Source of the DNA: Vicugna vicugna
Lineage: Eukaryota
DNA length: 64,000 nt
Direction of reading: 5' to 3'
Assembly (NCBI GenBank): GCA_013265495.1
Contig: MU057809.1
Coordinates: forward strand, 1,789,062 to 1,853,061
In this document: positions 35,571 through 46,619 of the stretch, piece after piece
Layout: every line of letters starts with the position of its first letter
How positions within the stretch are numbered: position 1 is the stretch's first letter
Notes under the pieces: generated by a model
Seen by the model: only the letters and a program-made list of their open reading frames with translations
The model's database searches: none
Told to the model about the DNA's origin: nothing
Position numbers and translations under genes: made by a program

Positions 35571-36499
35571 ATCCACTCGTGCCCCACCCCCATCTCTGAA
35601 AAGCAGGGGCGCCCCCAGGTGAAGCCGTTTCACCTCTTTCATCCTGTTTCCCCGTCTGCACCAGCGACAGCACCTGTCACACAGCAGGTGGGGGAGGTGG
35701 GAGTGGTACTGCTGCACAGGGCCGGCCCCCGGGGGGTGTCCAGCCCACTGTGGGTGTCTCTCGTTTCCCCCGCTAGGCTCTCACATAGCCCTGCAAGTTA
35801 GAAGAGGCCCATGGCTGCTGCAATGGAAAGTCAAAGCAGACCCCCCCCATCCACGTGTCCTTAGGCCACCACGGGCCCACTGGGTCCTGCGGTGCTCTGG
35901 AGTCAGTGCACATTGGTGCTTCAGTTTATTCTCAGAGAACATGCCAGTTTTGGGTTGCATCTCACTTTTCCTGACCTTCCTTGCATGATGTGGGAAGGGG
36001 GTTAGGCAAGCCCTGAGGTCCAGTCTAGCTCAGAATCCTCCTCAGATTGGCCGCTGTCCTTGGTCCTCCGTTTCCCCATCTTTCCTTCACAGGGTCATTG
36101 TTAAGACTTAATAGAGGTTGGGTAGGACACGGTGGGTGCTGTGGAAGCGGGAGCTAGCTCCCACTCAGGAACCTCGGGCCACAGGGACCCGCTGTCCTCT
36201 CCCGCCTGGGTCCTTCCCGGCTGGGACATAAAGGGTGCAGCAACAAACCCACATCCAGGGCTGCCCGGAGTGAGGCGCACGCCCTGTCCAGTCGCCGTCA
36301 CCACTTACGTGATCTCAATCATCACATGCCCCAGGCATCAGACTGTGTGTCACCTTCCAGGCCCTCCTCCCACAAAAATGCTGGCCTCCCAGCCTCCAGA
36401 GCGCTTAGTTCACCCCATAAACTCGGCTAATGCTTACCACATGCTGCTCTGCTCCAGAGTCCGCGCCCCACCCCCCTTCACAGGCTTCCGGGCCCCACG

Positions 36500-36667
36500 C
36501 CAGGGGACTCTTCCCACCAGGAGACCCTCCTCCTTGGGGGACCCTTCTCCTGACACCCTTCCTCCAAGAGACCCTCTCCCTAGGAAACTCTTCCCTAGAA
36601 AACCCTTCCCCCAGGAGACCCTCGCCCCTTAGGGACCCTTCCCTCAAGGAGACTCTTTGCGGAGACC
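36500..36667. repeat. Degenerate ~15-18-bp minisatellite (GGAGACCCT..CCC-like)
   Basis: About 10 units, e.g. ggagaccctcctccttg, agagaccctctcccta, ggaaactcttcccta, gaaaacccttccccca, ggagaccctcgcccctta, gggacccttccctcaa. Confidence 0.75.
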
Positions 36668-36993
36668 GGCCCACCCCACAGTGAGAAGCCGCCGGCGCTG
36701 TGATCCCCGCAGGCCACCCATGACCTTGGACGCCCCTCCAAAGCCTGCGTCCACTCCTTTCAGCAGGCGGCGGGGCTGCGCCCAGAGGTGTTTTTTGTTG
36801 CTGGGAACTGAAAACCCGATGGAGCGTTTCTCGTTTGCGGTCCCGGTAACTTGGCGCGGAACCACCCGAACACAGCGCCCGCGGGTGGGAGAGGGCGGCT
36901 CCCGCGGGCGGCGGGGAGGGCGGGCTGGGGCTCCTCCTGCGGCGCGCCAACCTGCCGCGGCCCGCGCCCCCCCGCCCCCGCCGCACGCGCGCC

Positions 36994-37698
36994 NNNNNNN
37001 NNNNNNNNNNNNNNNNNNNNNNNNNNNNNNNNNNNNNNNNNNNNNNNNNNNNNNNNNNNNNNNNNNNNNNNNNNNNNNNNNNNNNNNNNNNNNNNNNNNN
37101 NNNNNNNNNNNNNNNNNNNNNNNNNNNNNNNNNNNNNNNNNNNNNNNNNNNNNNNNNNNNNNNNNNNNNNNNNNNNNNNNNNNNNNNNNNNNNNNNNNNN
37201 NNNNNNNNNNNNNNNNNNNNNNNNNNNNNNNNNNNNNNNNNNNNNNNNNNNNNNNNNNNNNNNNNNNNNNNNNNNNNNNNNNNNNNNNNNNNNNNNNNNN
37301 NNNNNNNNNNNNNNNNNNNNNNNNNNNNNNNNNNNNNNNNNNNNNNNNNNNNNNNNNNNNNNNNNNNNNNNNNNNNNNNNNNNNNNNNNNNNNNNNNNNN
37401 NNNNNNNNNNNNNNNNNNNNNNNNNNNNNNNNNNNNNNNNNNNNNNNNNNNNNNNNNNNNNNNNNNNNNNNNNNNNNNNNNNNNNNNNNNNNNNNNNNNN
37501 NNNNNNNNNNNNNNNNNNNNNNNNNNNNNNNNNNNNNNNNNNNNNNNNNNNNNNNNNNNNNNNNNNNNNNNNNNNNNNNNNNNNNNNNNNNNNNNNNNNN
37601 NNNNNNNNNNNNNNNNNNNNNNNNNNNNNNNNNNNNNNNNNNNNNNNNNNNNNNNNNNNNNNNNNNNNNNNNNNNNNNNNNNNNNNNNNNNNNNNNNN
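36994..37698. other. Assembly gap (705 N) in the GC-richest part of the island
   Basis: Run of N; probably holds the SDK1 TSS, 5'UTR and start codon. Confidence 1.
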
Positions 37699-37782
37699 CG
37701 ACAAAGTTGAGCGCGGGCCGGCGGCGTGGATGGTGGGCGCTCGCGGCGCTCCAGCTGCACTTGCTCCGGGCGCTGGCTCAAG
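37699..37782 (+). CDS. SDK1: SDK1 (sidekick cell adhesion molecule 1) coding exon 1, visible 3' part encoding the signal-peptide region; 5' part in the gap
   Basis: Frame from 37701 reads TKLSAGRRRGWWALAALQLHLLRALAQ, matching recalled mammalian SDK1 ...KLGPGRRGWWALLALQLHLLRALAQ-DDVAP; phase-1 donor CAA G|GTAGGC gives the G of the following Asp codon. Confidence 0.93.
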
Positions 37783-40239
37783 GTAGGCGCGGGGCGCGGG
37801 CGCGGGCCGGGGAGCGGGGCGGGCCGCGGGGCCGCGCCCGGGGGCCGCTCCGAGTCCCCGAGCCTCCGAGTTGCGAGCCCGCCGCTCGGCTCCCGGCCGG
37901 GCGGCGGGCGTCCGTCCGACTCCGCCAGGTACCAGGTGCCGGTCACCTGGGGCCGCCTGTCCCAGCCCCGTCCCAGGCCCCCGCAGGCCCGGGCCCGCCC
38001 GCGGGGGGTGCCCGGCGGTTGATGGAGCAGAACTTTCGGGGCGCGCGGCGTCGCCCCAAGGCTTCGTCCCCCGCCCCTCCCGGGGCTTGCGTGGGGAAGA
38101 CGGTGCCGACCCCCAAGTGGGTGCTGCCCGTCTGCCGAGACCCGCTGACCGCCCGGAAGGGGAGGCGGCGTCTCTCCGGAGCCCCGCTGCCCCCGGCATC
38201 TGCGTGAACGTTCTGAGGGCCCGGCAGCGACCCTGTGCCGCTCAGCATCCCTTCTCCCTGAAGTTTGCTTGTCTGGAAAGGAGCAAAGGTGCGAGCGAGC
38301 GAGCGAGCGAGTGGCAGAAATAACGGTCTTAACGCAGCCTTTGGTGGGGGCCTGGGACATGCTCTGCCTGCGCTGCTGTGGCAGCTTAGGGGGCTCGGCT
38401 TCGGTGTCCCCAGCCGGGTGGAACACCGTTGTCACAATGAGGGGCGGAGGTGCACCCAGCGGCCAGCTCTGCACTCGAATTAGCTGCGTCCAGGGCCAGG
38501 GAAGGTGATGTGCGAGGGGCGGCACGTTCCGATTTCAGTGTAATCACACCTTAAACGTCTGAACTCAACCCTGTCATCCCATAGCTAAACAACTAACTCC
38601 CAGTTCTTTAGTTAATCTTAACCTCATTTATCCAAACTGTGGTCCTCCCCGCCCTCTCCCCCAGGCTTTCATAAATGCCCGCTTTCATGTTTTGCAACAT
38701 GAAAACAAATTGCCATGTTTCTGGTTAATTTAACTCTCCTCCATTACTTGGAAAATTTTCATTTCACTTATTTGTGCTTTTTTGCGTAATGACTGACTTT
38801 GGTAGAAAAGCATTTATGAAGTCATTTTGTAAAATGGGATCTGTGGATTGCCAGAGAAGCTGGGTTCAAATGAAGATATCTCAGTCACTTAGGGATGACC
38901 TTTAAGATAGAAACGGTGTTTATTAAGTTTTTTTTTTAAACAGTGACTTGCACTTTGCAGTTAGTAAGCCCTGTACACTGACACGTTTAAAGATTTGTGC
39001 ACAAGTTCAAACAGTGGAGGAAAAAAATCTGGCTTTGTTTTGAAGTATATTATGCAAATTTCAAGTTTTTATCAGTTTGAATGCTGCAGAGTGTGTTGCT
39101 TGTATAACTGTAATGTTAATGAAAATACATTAACTAATAAAAACATGCTAAGGCAACAAACTTTGTTAGGGAGGACTATTTTATTCCTAGTGGCCAGTAA
39201 AAATTGTGGGTAACTATTTTACATTTATATGGTTTATAAAATGTACAGATCTTTTAGTGTAAAATTTCAAATAGGTTGTCACAAATTTTAAATTCATTGA
39301 CAGGTTTCTGTTCTCTGTGCTCTGTGAAATGTGTAATATATCCATCATTTTTTATATCATTGAAAATTCATATTATAGGGGAGATGTCACCATTTGACAA
39401 AAGCTCATGTATCTTGAAAATGAAAATTCTGGTGCTGCTGTACAGATTTCTGATGGGATGATGAGTTGGTGGTATGCAAGGGGAATGTATTCTCTTGAAT
39501 CTTATCAGATAAAATGCAACATTCTAAATGGAATGCTTACAACTAAGTTGGAACGGGTCATAAGTAGCATGTTACTTTGTGGCTAGGTGAAGCAATGTCT
39601 AATTTTTCTTTTCAGTGTTTTTCTTCTAATGGTGTTTCTTGTGGTTAGGCTTGGTCTTGATCTCTTGGGAGAAAAAAGTGCAATGTTGACTAGTAAAAGT
39701 TACATAGCGTTACATAGCCCAAGTTATGAGCAGAGGGCATAATTGACCATTATGTGAAATACCAGGTTCAGATCTTCCAAATGTAAGGTAAATAGTCCTG
39801 GGGTTTCTTTCTACATAGGAATGAGAATTTGAGTTGCTTACTTTGCTTATCGTTGTATGTTTGTGACTTTTCTAGATTCCTAAAGAGCTAAGTGTTCTTA
39901 ATTGTGAAAGGCAGGTGGCAATGCATGCTTTTGGTATGTGGTCCACCAGGGAGCAAGACTTGAGTGTTTCAGAAGGATGTCTTCTGAGATGGAGGATGGC
40001 AGGGTCATAAGTGTCATATGTGTGAAATTTGTGGTGCCTTATTTTCACTGCTGAACCTTTGACAGGCTTCTTGATCTTGGTAATATTCAGCACAGCCTCA
40101 TGTTAAGGTTGTATTCATCAGATGGAGAGGGAGAGGAATGCTCCTCTCAGTTACTACTTTGGGACCATTCTTAGTTCTCAGTTTCTCCTTGTGAGTGATT
40201 TCCAGTCACTGGGGCCCGTGGTTCTCGAAGTTTGTTGTG

Positions 40240-40965
40240 TGTCTGGGGGATTTGGTGAACCTGTCCAGGGCCAGCTCCTTTTGTTCTTCAGCGAGCCACA
40301 TTGAAGAAATGAGCTTGCTTCCAGGGGATTCTGATACACCCCAGAGCTTAAGAACCACTAACTTGGACTGCCTTGTTTTTCCACATCCCTCTTTGCCTGC
40401 TGATTTCCTGGAACCTCTCTTACCCTGTGTTTCTTGAACTTGTTTGCGCGCTGGAATCACCTGGGAGCTTTAAACAATACTGAGGCCTGGATCTCAATTC
40501 CAGAGTTTGTTTTAATTGACTTGTGGTTTGACCTGAGCATCAGGAGATTTAAAAACTCCTCAGGTGGTTCCAGTGTTCAGCCAAGTTTGAGAACCATTGC
40601 TGTAATCTTTTATAATGAGATCACATGACTTGATTTTTCTTTTAACTTTGTTTTGGTCCAGCCTTGTTGTTCTATAGTCTGTGTGTCCCCTTACCTTCCC
40701 AGTTTCAGTGAGCTCTCTGCACTTTCAGCTGGTTTTCACTTGTTCCATGTTCATGATTTCAAAGTTTGAAATTTCTTCCAGACTTAATTAGCTTTTTAGT
40801 CAGTCATTCTGTTTATTCCTACTGACAGTGTCAAGCTCCTGCTTTGTGCTCTTCTGGGGTTTGCATCAGAATCACCAGAGCAATTTACAAATACACTAAT
40901 CTGGGCTCCACCTCCAACCTGGAGGGTGTTTGGAGGCTTTTAAAACTCCACGGGTGATTCTTGTA
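40240..40965. mobile_element. Cluster of about three MER5-type MITE remnants
   Basis: ccaggggattctgatacacc..agaaccact (~40320), ggaatcacctgggagcttt..caggtggttcc..agtttgagaaccattgc (40450-40600), gcatcagaatcacc..aaaactccacgggtgattct (40860-40960). Confidence 0.75.
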
Positions 40966-41499
40966 TATCTGTTACGGTTTTATCTTTGTTGGCCAAACCC
41001 ATAATTTCACCCAGTTCCCTGTCATTCTTAGCCTGACTTGCTGTAACCTGGACTCCTACCTGGACCCTTTTTCTTGGGCCAATCTGAGCCTTGAGTGAGG
41101 CCTGCTAATTAGGCTTCTCCGCCACTGGTTTGCTGGAGAAATCTCAAAACAGTGCTAACTGGGTTTAATACAAATCTAGCTTCCTTTTGGGCACTTGGTG
41201 CTTCCTGTTCCCCTGGAAGTGATTTGTTTCCCTTGTTCCTCTTACCCCCGGCCCCCTTCTCCTCAAATCTTTGTAATTTGAGTTTCCACTGGAGCTTGAG
41301 TTCAGGCTGCGTGCTTCACTAGAGTCTTCACAGCGAGTGCTACACTTAGTACTCGCTCAGGTACTTACTGATTAAGTTTTATTAGACCCCTACGTGTTCA
41401 ACAGATGGCGGCTGGCCACTTGGTTGGTAACTGTTTTGTAAATCCAGTGATGAGTGATTGTCACCCTCTGTGCAGTCTGTGTGGCCACTGCACCTCACC

Positions 41500-41710
41500 T
41501 GTACTGAGCCCTGTGTGCCAGGCGCTAAGTGCTTTACAGGCAGGCCCAATTTCCTCTTCATGGCAGCCCTGGGAGGCAGGTGGCCCTTTGTACTCATTTT
41601 ACCTGTGAGGAAACTGAGGTGCCAAGCTGTTCACTGATTTACTTAAGGTCTCAGGACTAGTGCAGCCAGACTGGAAAGCTGGCTGCCTGATCCACAGGCT
41701 GCGTTCGTAA
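41500..41710 (-). mobile_element. MIR SINE
   Basis: tgtgtgccaggcgctaagtgctttaca..cattttacctgtgaggaaactgagg. Confidence 0.85.
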
Positions 41711-43193
41711 CCCATGGGTGGGGCGTCTCCCGCGCAGCCTGTGCTCTCTGTGGGGGGCGGGGGAGGAAGCCGTCTGATCCACACCGAGGGGACGACGGCG
41801 GCCGATGCTCTCCACACACTGTGTTCAGTAACAGGACCTCAAGGTTCAGGTTACCATATTTACTGTTACAGTAAAATAGTAAAAATTACAGTAAACAAAA
41901 TAAAGAAGAATATGCATAACCCCCTGCGTGTACCTATCCCTCTCCCATAATAACATGACTTGCCATTTTGGTGTTTTTCTTTCCAAAGAATTTGTTTTTC
42001 CTCTTACAATGTAAATGTCAAATTCCAGCTGAGAATGGGGTTGTGGCAGTCGATTGGCAGATTTGTTCCCTCCAGAATTGACCACTGGGAGCGTACTAAC
42101 CATTTCTTTGAAGGACACTTGAAAAATTATTTTATCCTCACTCAAGTAAATGCATTTAAGTCCTTAAAATGAAAGTAAGAGGTGGGGTTTTTAAGGTACT
42201 GATTTTTGTTAGCATGTGTTTTATCTGACTACAGTTAAGTTTGGCTACATACTGGGATTATACATAGCTTGGAAGTTTCCTGTGTCCGCAAATACTGGAG
42301 TAAAACAAAGTCGGTCGGGACAAGTTAAGTGGGTGACTGAGTGGAGTCAAACAAGATACTGTAGTTAAAGTCTACCTACCAGTTGTCTTTATACTCTGTC
42401 CATCCTGAGAGTCCTTGTTTTTGTTGGGAGAGTCAGAGCCTTCCTCCAGGCATCCCCGAGCTCTGAAGCCAGTAATACCCACTGACTACGTGTAGAGAAT
42501 GGAACAGACACAGAGACTGAAAGCTCAGAGCTGGGTTTTGACTGTGTCACGATTTACATTTCTGTAACAGGTAAGAAAAGCAGTAGTTGTAAGAGCAGAG
42601 CGTTAAGTCCAAATCCGTGAAAATTGAGTAGAGCTTGAGGGTGGGGAATGAAAATCAAGTTGAAAAGGTATAGTATAAAGAGGAGTTAAAGTAGAAGTAT
42701 CTTAAAAAAAAACCAACTAAAGACGTTGATGTAAGTTTTATGATCTGGTTAAATACTCCTAGTAAGTGATGGTGTATTTTTACCTACTGTACCTGCGCAT
42801 TTTAATATGTGTAGTCTCTTTTATTGTAATAGTAATTTTACCTCATCATTTCTATAAGGCATTTTCTTAAATCTCCCCCTCAATTTGGAAATTTCTTTCA
42901 ATAAAAAAGATTATAAACATTTGTACCTGTGATCCCAAGAGAATATATTTTGTCAGCTGGGACTATGAAGATGGCACTTCCTGTTATAACAGTAGCACAT
43001 AGAAATTAGTCTTCTGTTTTTTAACGATTCCCTGAAATGCAAGAGTGTGTCACAGTTTGGCAGATACTTACCTGCCACTTATTGATTCCATACCTGAGAC
43101 ACGTTTTGGAGAAATATATTATTAGTCTTACAGCTTCATTATTTTAATGCTATTCTTACTGTATTCAAATACAAAAATTAAAAATGTTTTGGG

Positions 43194-43367
43194 CTTGGCG
43201 CTCTCTCTCCCCTTTGGAGACGGCCCGCACTCTGTCTATGGAGTGTGAATCTACTTTTACTTAAACCTGAGCACCCAATTCCCGCACCTCTTTCCTGGAC
43301 TTTCTCTTGCCTTATACTCTGTACAGTATGTATCTCTCTAAATAAATCTACCTTTACTCAAAAAAAA
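43194..43367 (+). mobile_element. ERV1-LTR-like (R-region) fragment with A-tail, flanked by a 14-bp TSD
   Basis: ggcgctctctctcccctttggagacggcccgcactctgtctatggagtgtg..tctctctaaataaatctacc resembles artiodactyl ERV1 LTRs; aaaaatgttttggg at 43180-43193 and 43363-43376. Confidence 0.75.
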
Positions 43368-43559
43368 TGTTTTGGGAGTACTGCTTCAGGAAACCCTTGT
43401 TTATATGTTTGCTGTTCTGGTATTTAGGTGGTCCGACCTACTGACAGGCTGCTCTAAAACCGGACTTTCATTGCCTTAGCCTGCCTCCAGGCCCCTGTCC
43501 CCAGGGTCTCCTGTGGGTACGGTGGGAATGAGAATATTTTTATAAAGCTTTCCTAGAAA

Positions 43560-43740
43560 CAGGGATGTGGTGAATGGAAAAGGCATTGGGCCAAGTGCCA
43601 GTAGACCTGATTTTCATTCCATTCTGTAACTAGCTTGCACTGTGAGCAGATCTTTTAGCCTCAGAGTTGATTTTCTCACCTGTAAGAGTTGGAGGTTATA
43701 CTAGATCTTCAGAATTGCTCTGCTCTGATTCTTTGATCTT
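43560..43740 (+). mobile_element. MIR/MIR3 remnant
   Basis: gtgaatggaaaaggcattgg..agacctga..gcctcag..ctcacctgtaa..ctagatct. Confidence 0.6.
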
Positions 43741-46179
43741 CTATATTTTGTCATATCCTTTCTGCCCTCACCAGACTCTCTAGGTGAGTCTTCTATCTGG
43801 GGATTCTGTAACTCCATGTGTCTTAGCTCTTAAAATTGAATTCTCTTCATTTTACTTTTGCCATGGTATTTACAATGTCGAAGACAACTAAGATGCAATA
43901 TAATATTTCTCCTTAGGTGCTGCTGTCTTACACATGCTATATTTACTGTAGCCTGCAAATGGTTCATGCTCAAAGTGTTAGGTTCTGTAAGATGAATTAG
44001 TGACTTAATTTATCTGTAAGTTTGAATTTGGAGAAATAAATTTCTTTAAAATGTTAGATGCTTATTTATTTAAATGTCTGAAAGAAGAAAGGGCAAGACT
44101 AATTGAAATCTAGGGAGGTAATTAATGCAGTGAGAAATTTAAAAAGATATGAATTAGTAATACAAGAATGTTTACTGGACAGCGACCATCAGTAATTAAA
44201 GAGATTAGTAGATGATGTCTGTTGATGTTTCTGGGTGCATCCTAATGTTATGTTGGGTAATTGTCTTCATTAGGGACTTTGAGTAAATCAGAAGGCCCTC
44301 AAAATTAACACAACAATTAGTTTTCACTTTAACAGGCTTAGCTGGCACTCTGGTGATATATAGACAGTGTTTAGTGAAGATAACAGCTATCAATTAAATA
44401 ATCCAATTTCTTGATAACAAATACATCAGTCAAGTAAATGTACTACCATACTGATCTTTGGAGGTTAGCTTGTTGAACAAGGGCTAAGACTAGTTTCTGC
44501 AGTGTTTTTGGCTTTGTTGTGTGTCTGTTTTAACTGACAAGGCCAGCCTTTGGAGAGATGGGCTTTAGAGAATGGGCTGGACTCCTGGGCCCATATTATT
44601 ATGCAGACAAATTTAGCCTTTGGTGCAGTATTTTGTTGCCTTTTCGCCCTTTCAGAACGCTCCTCTGTATTCTAGGCATGATTCTTTATTGTGAGACGTT
44701 TGGAAACTCTCAAATACGTAAGCTTGATTTTCACCAAAATGAATGATCTTTCCAAGAAAAATATAGCAAGGCAACTAAGGAGTAACTGTGGCAACTGGAA
44801 GAGGAGTATGGCTACTAGGGGAGTGCCATCAGTGGCCTTTATTAAGAATTTTACCAACCCAAGGAGGCTAGTTAGGAAACAGCCTTGGGGTGAGGAGGGA
44901 TATCATAGCTTATATCACATAGGTATAACCTACTCATACTTAGATAAGGATGGTCATAACCACAGGTGTCTGTGTGCTGTTCTCTTTAGTGTGATCCTTA
45001 ATTTATTTTGTATGTGTTTTCATGAAAGAGGGACTGTTTTCAAAGTGAAGGTCAGTTCTATCTTGCCTCCCCCCAGGTGTTAAATGTGATGCAAAAAGAA
45101 TAGGAGATTTGATTTTGTGGACCAAGCCTTTCTGTACAATGGGTGTCAATGTTGATTTAGTATATGAGCCACCAGATGGCAACAGAAAAAGTGTTTATAT
45201 ACGATGTAATCCCTAGTTTCCATAGCTGTTTTTTTCCCTTCCATGGTACAGTGCTTTTCAGAGTACTTGTGCAATATATAAAATTCTTAGCTATGGGCAG
45301 GATGAGTTTATAATACCTTACAGTGCAAATCACAACCAGGAAATAGAGTAGTGGTAAACTATTACTAGAAAAAAGATATTTTATTTACACGAGCGCATGA
45401 ATAAACTGTTCCCAGAGGGAGTGGGTTTCCAAGGATGCAACTTTATGATTTATGTTTTTGTACAGTCGTGCTTTTACTACTAATTTTTAAAATTTAGCAT
45501 TTAGCTCTACTATAGCTGTGATGGTTTGAAGAACATAAAAGAAAACATAGCTCTTACCCTCCAGCATTTTATGTAACATCTTTAAAAGGAGGAGACACAC
45601 GAGTTTACAAACATTGAACATATTTATATAGTTTCTGGCCAAAGGTGTTTTTACTTTATGAGGAATTTGTTTTATTTTTCACCTTGTAGGCATGTCCCCT
45701 TTTTCTGAGTGTGTTGTTTTGGCTCTTCTGAGGGTGTTTTCTTTCTTAGATAAGACTCTTGTTTGCAAACTAGAAAATCAGTCTGAACTGCTTAAGAAAA
45801 AAGGGATTTCATTGGCGACATCTTGGGATATCACACAAGAATAATACCTTGAAACAAACTAAGGAGTCAGCTCCAGGTCAGGAATAATGAGAGCCAAGTA
45901 TTGGGAACCCCTCAGGTGCTGTCCTCTTTGTCATCATCTGTTTGCTTCCATTTCTGTGCTCAGGTCCTCTTCTTCTTCTTCTTCTTTTTTTTCCTCTTTT
46001 TAACATCTGAATGGATTTCTCTCTCTCTCTCTTTCTTTCTTTTCTTTTTTTTTTAGGTCCTTCCTGATTCTCGCTGAAATCGCCTTTCTCTTTGTGTCTG
46101 AAACTCGGCTGTCACCAGTCTTTGCATTCCTGTTGCTTGTGAAATTTGTAGAATGGTCAGGTTTGTATTTTAAAAGCAT

Positions 46180-46600
46180 AATCTTGAGAAGAAAAAAGCA
46201 TTTTGGTTGCAAAATTTCAAATAGGTTGGAAGAAACCAGAACGAATGACTGTAGACGAGTTCGACTGTATCAGCAGTTGGGGTAAGAGGAAGAAGTAGCT
46301 TGGGCCAGGGTGGTAGTGTTGGAGATGGAGAGGGCAGAAGTAGGCACACAGGGACAGAACTCGGTTGGATATTGAGGGTGAGTGAGAGTATGTCTAAGGC
46401 GATGTCCAGGTTTCTGACTTGCATGACGGGTTGATGAGGGCGGTCATTCACTGAGGTTAGACCACCTCAGTCTGGGTGGTATGACTGTGATTTTGGTTTT
46501 GAATGTATTAATGGGAGGTACCTTTGAGGCATCCAGACAGAGCTGTTAAGATGGTGTTTAGATACGAGTTTTGCAATCAGAGGAGAGTTTTTGGCTTTTG
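46180..46600 (-). mobile_element. L2 fragment
   Basis: gcttgggccagggtggtagtgttggagatggagag..ccaggtttctgacttg..ttttggttttgaatg..tttgaggcatcca. Confidence 0.7.
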
Positions 46601-46619
46601 GTATAAATATTTGTATAGG

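Larger units (their letters stand above)
36660..38530 (+). promoter_or_regulatory. SDK1: CpG island / SDK1 promoter region
   Basis: Very high GC and CpG density on both sides of the gap; GC box (ccccgccccc ~36970), E2F-like ttggcgcg (36851) and ggcgcgccaa (36941), NRF1-like cgcacgcgcg (~36982); surrounds SDK1 exon 1. Confidence 0.9.

Noticed and set aside
36050..36070. Partial RE1/REST-like motif gccgctgtccttggtcctccg
   Set aside because: The key TGAA end is missing and the context (cctccgtttccccatct) looks like a MIR remnant.
36405..38525. Long ORFs of 706, 516, 479 and 311 aa across the CpG island
   Set aside because: Inflated by 705 N and stop-poor GC-rich DNA; only the + frame segment 37701-37782 has recognisable homology (SDK1).
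41859..41875. 17-bp palindrome tttactgt-t-acagtaaa
   Set aside because: AT-rich and short; expected by chance in 64 kb, with no associated structure.
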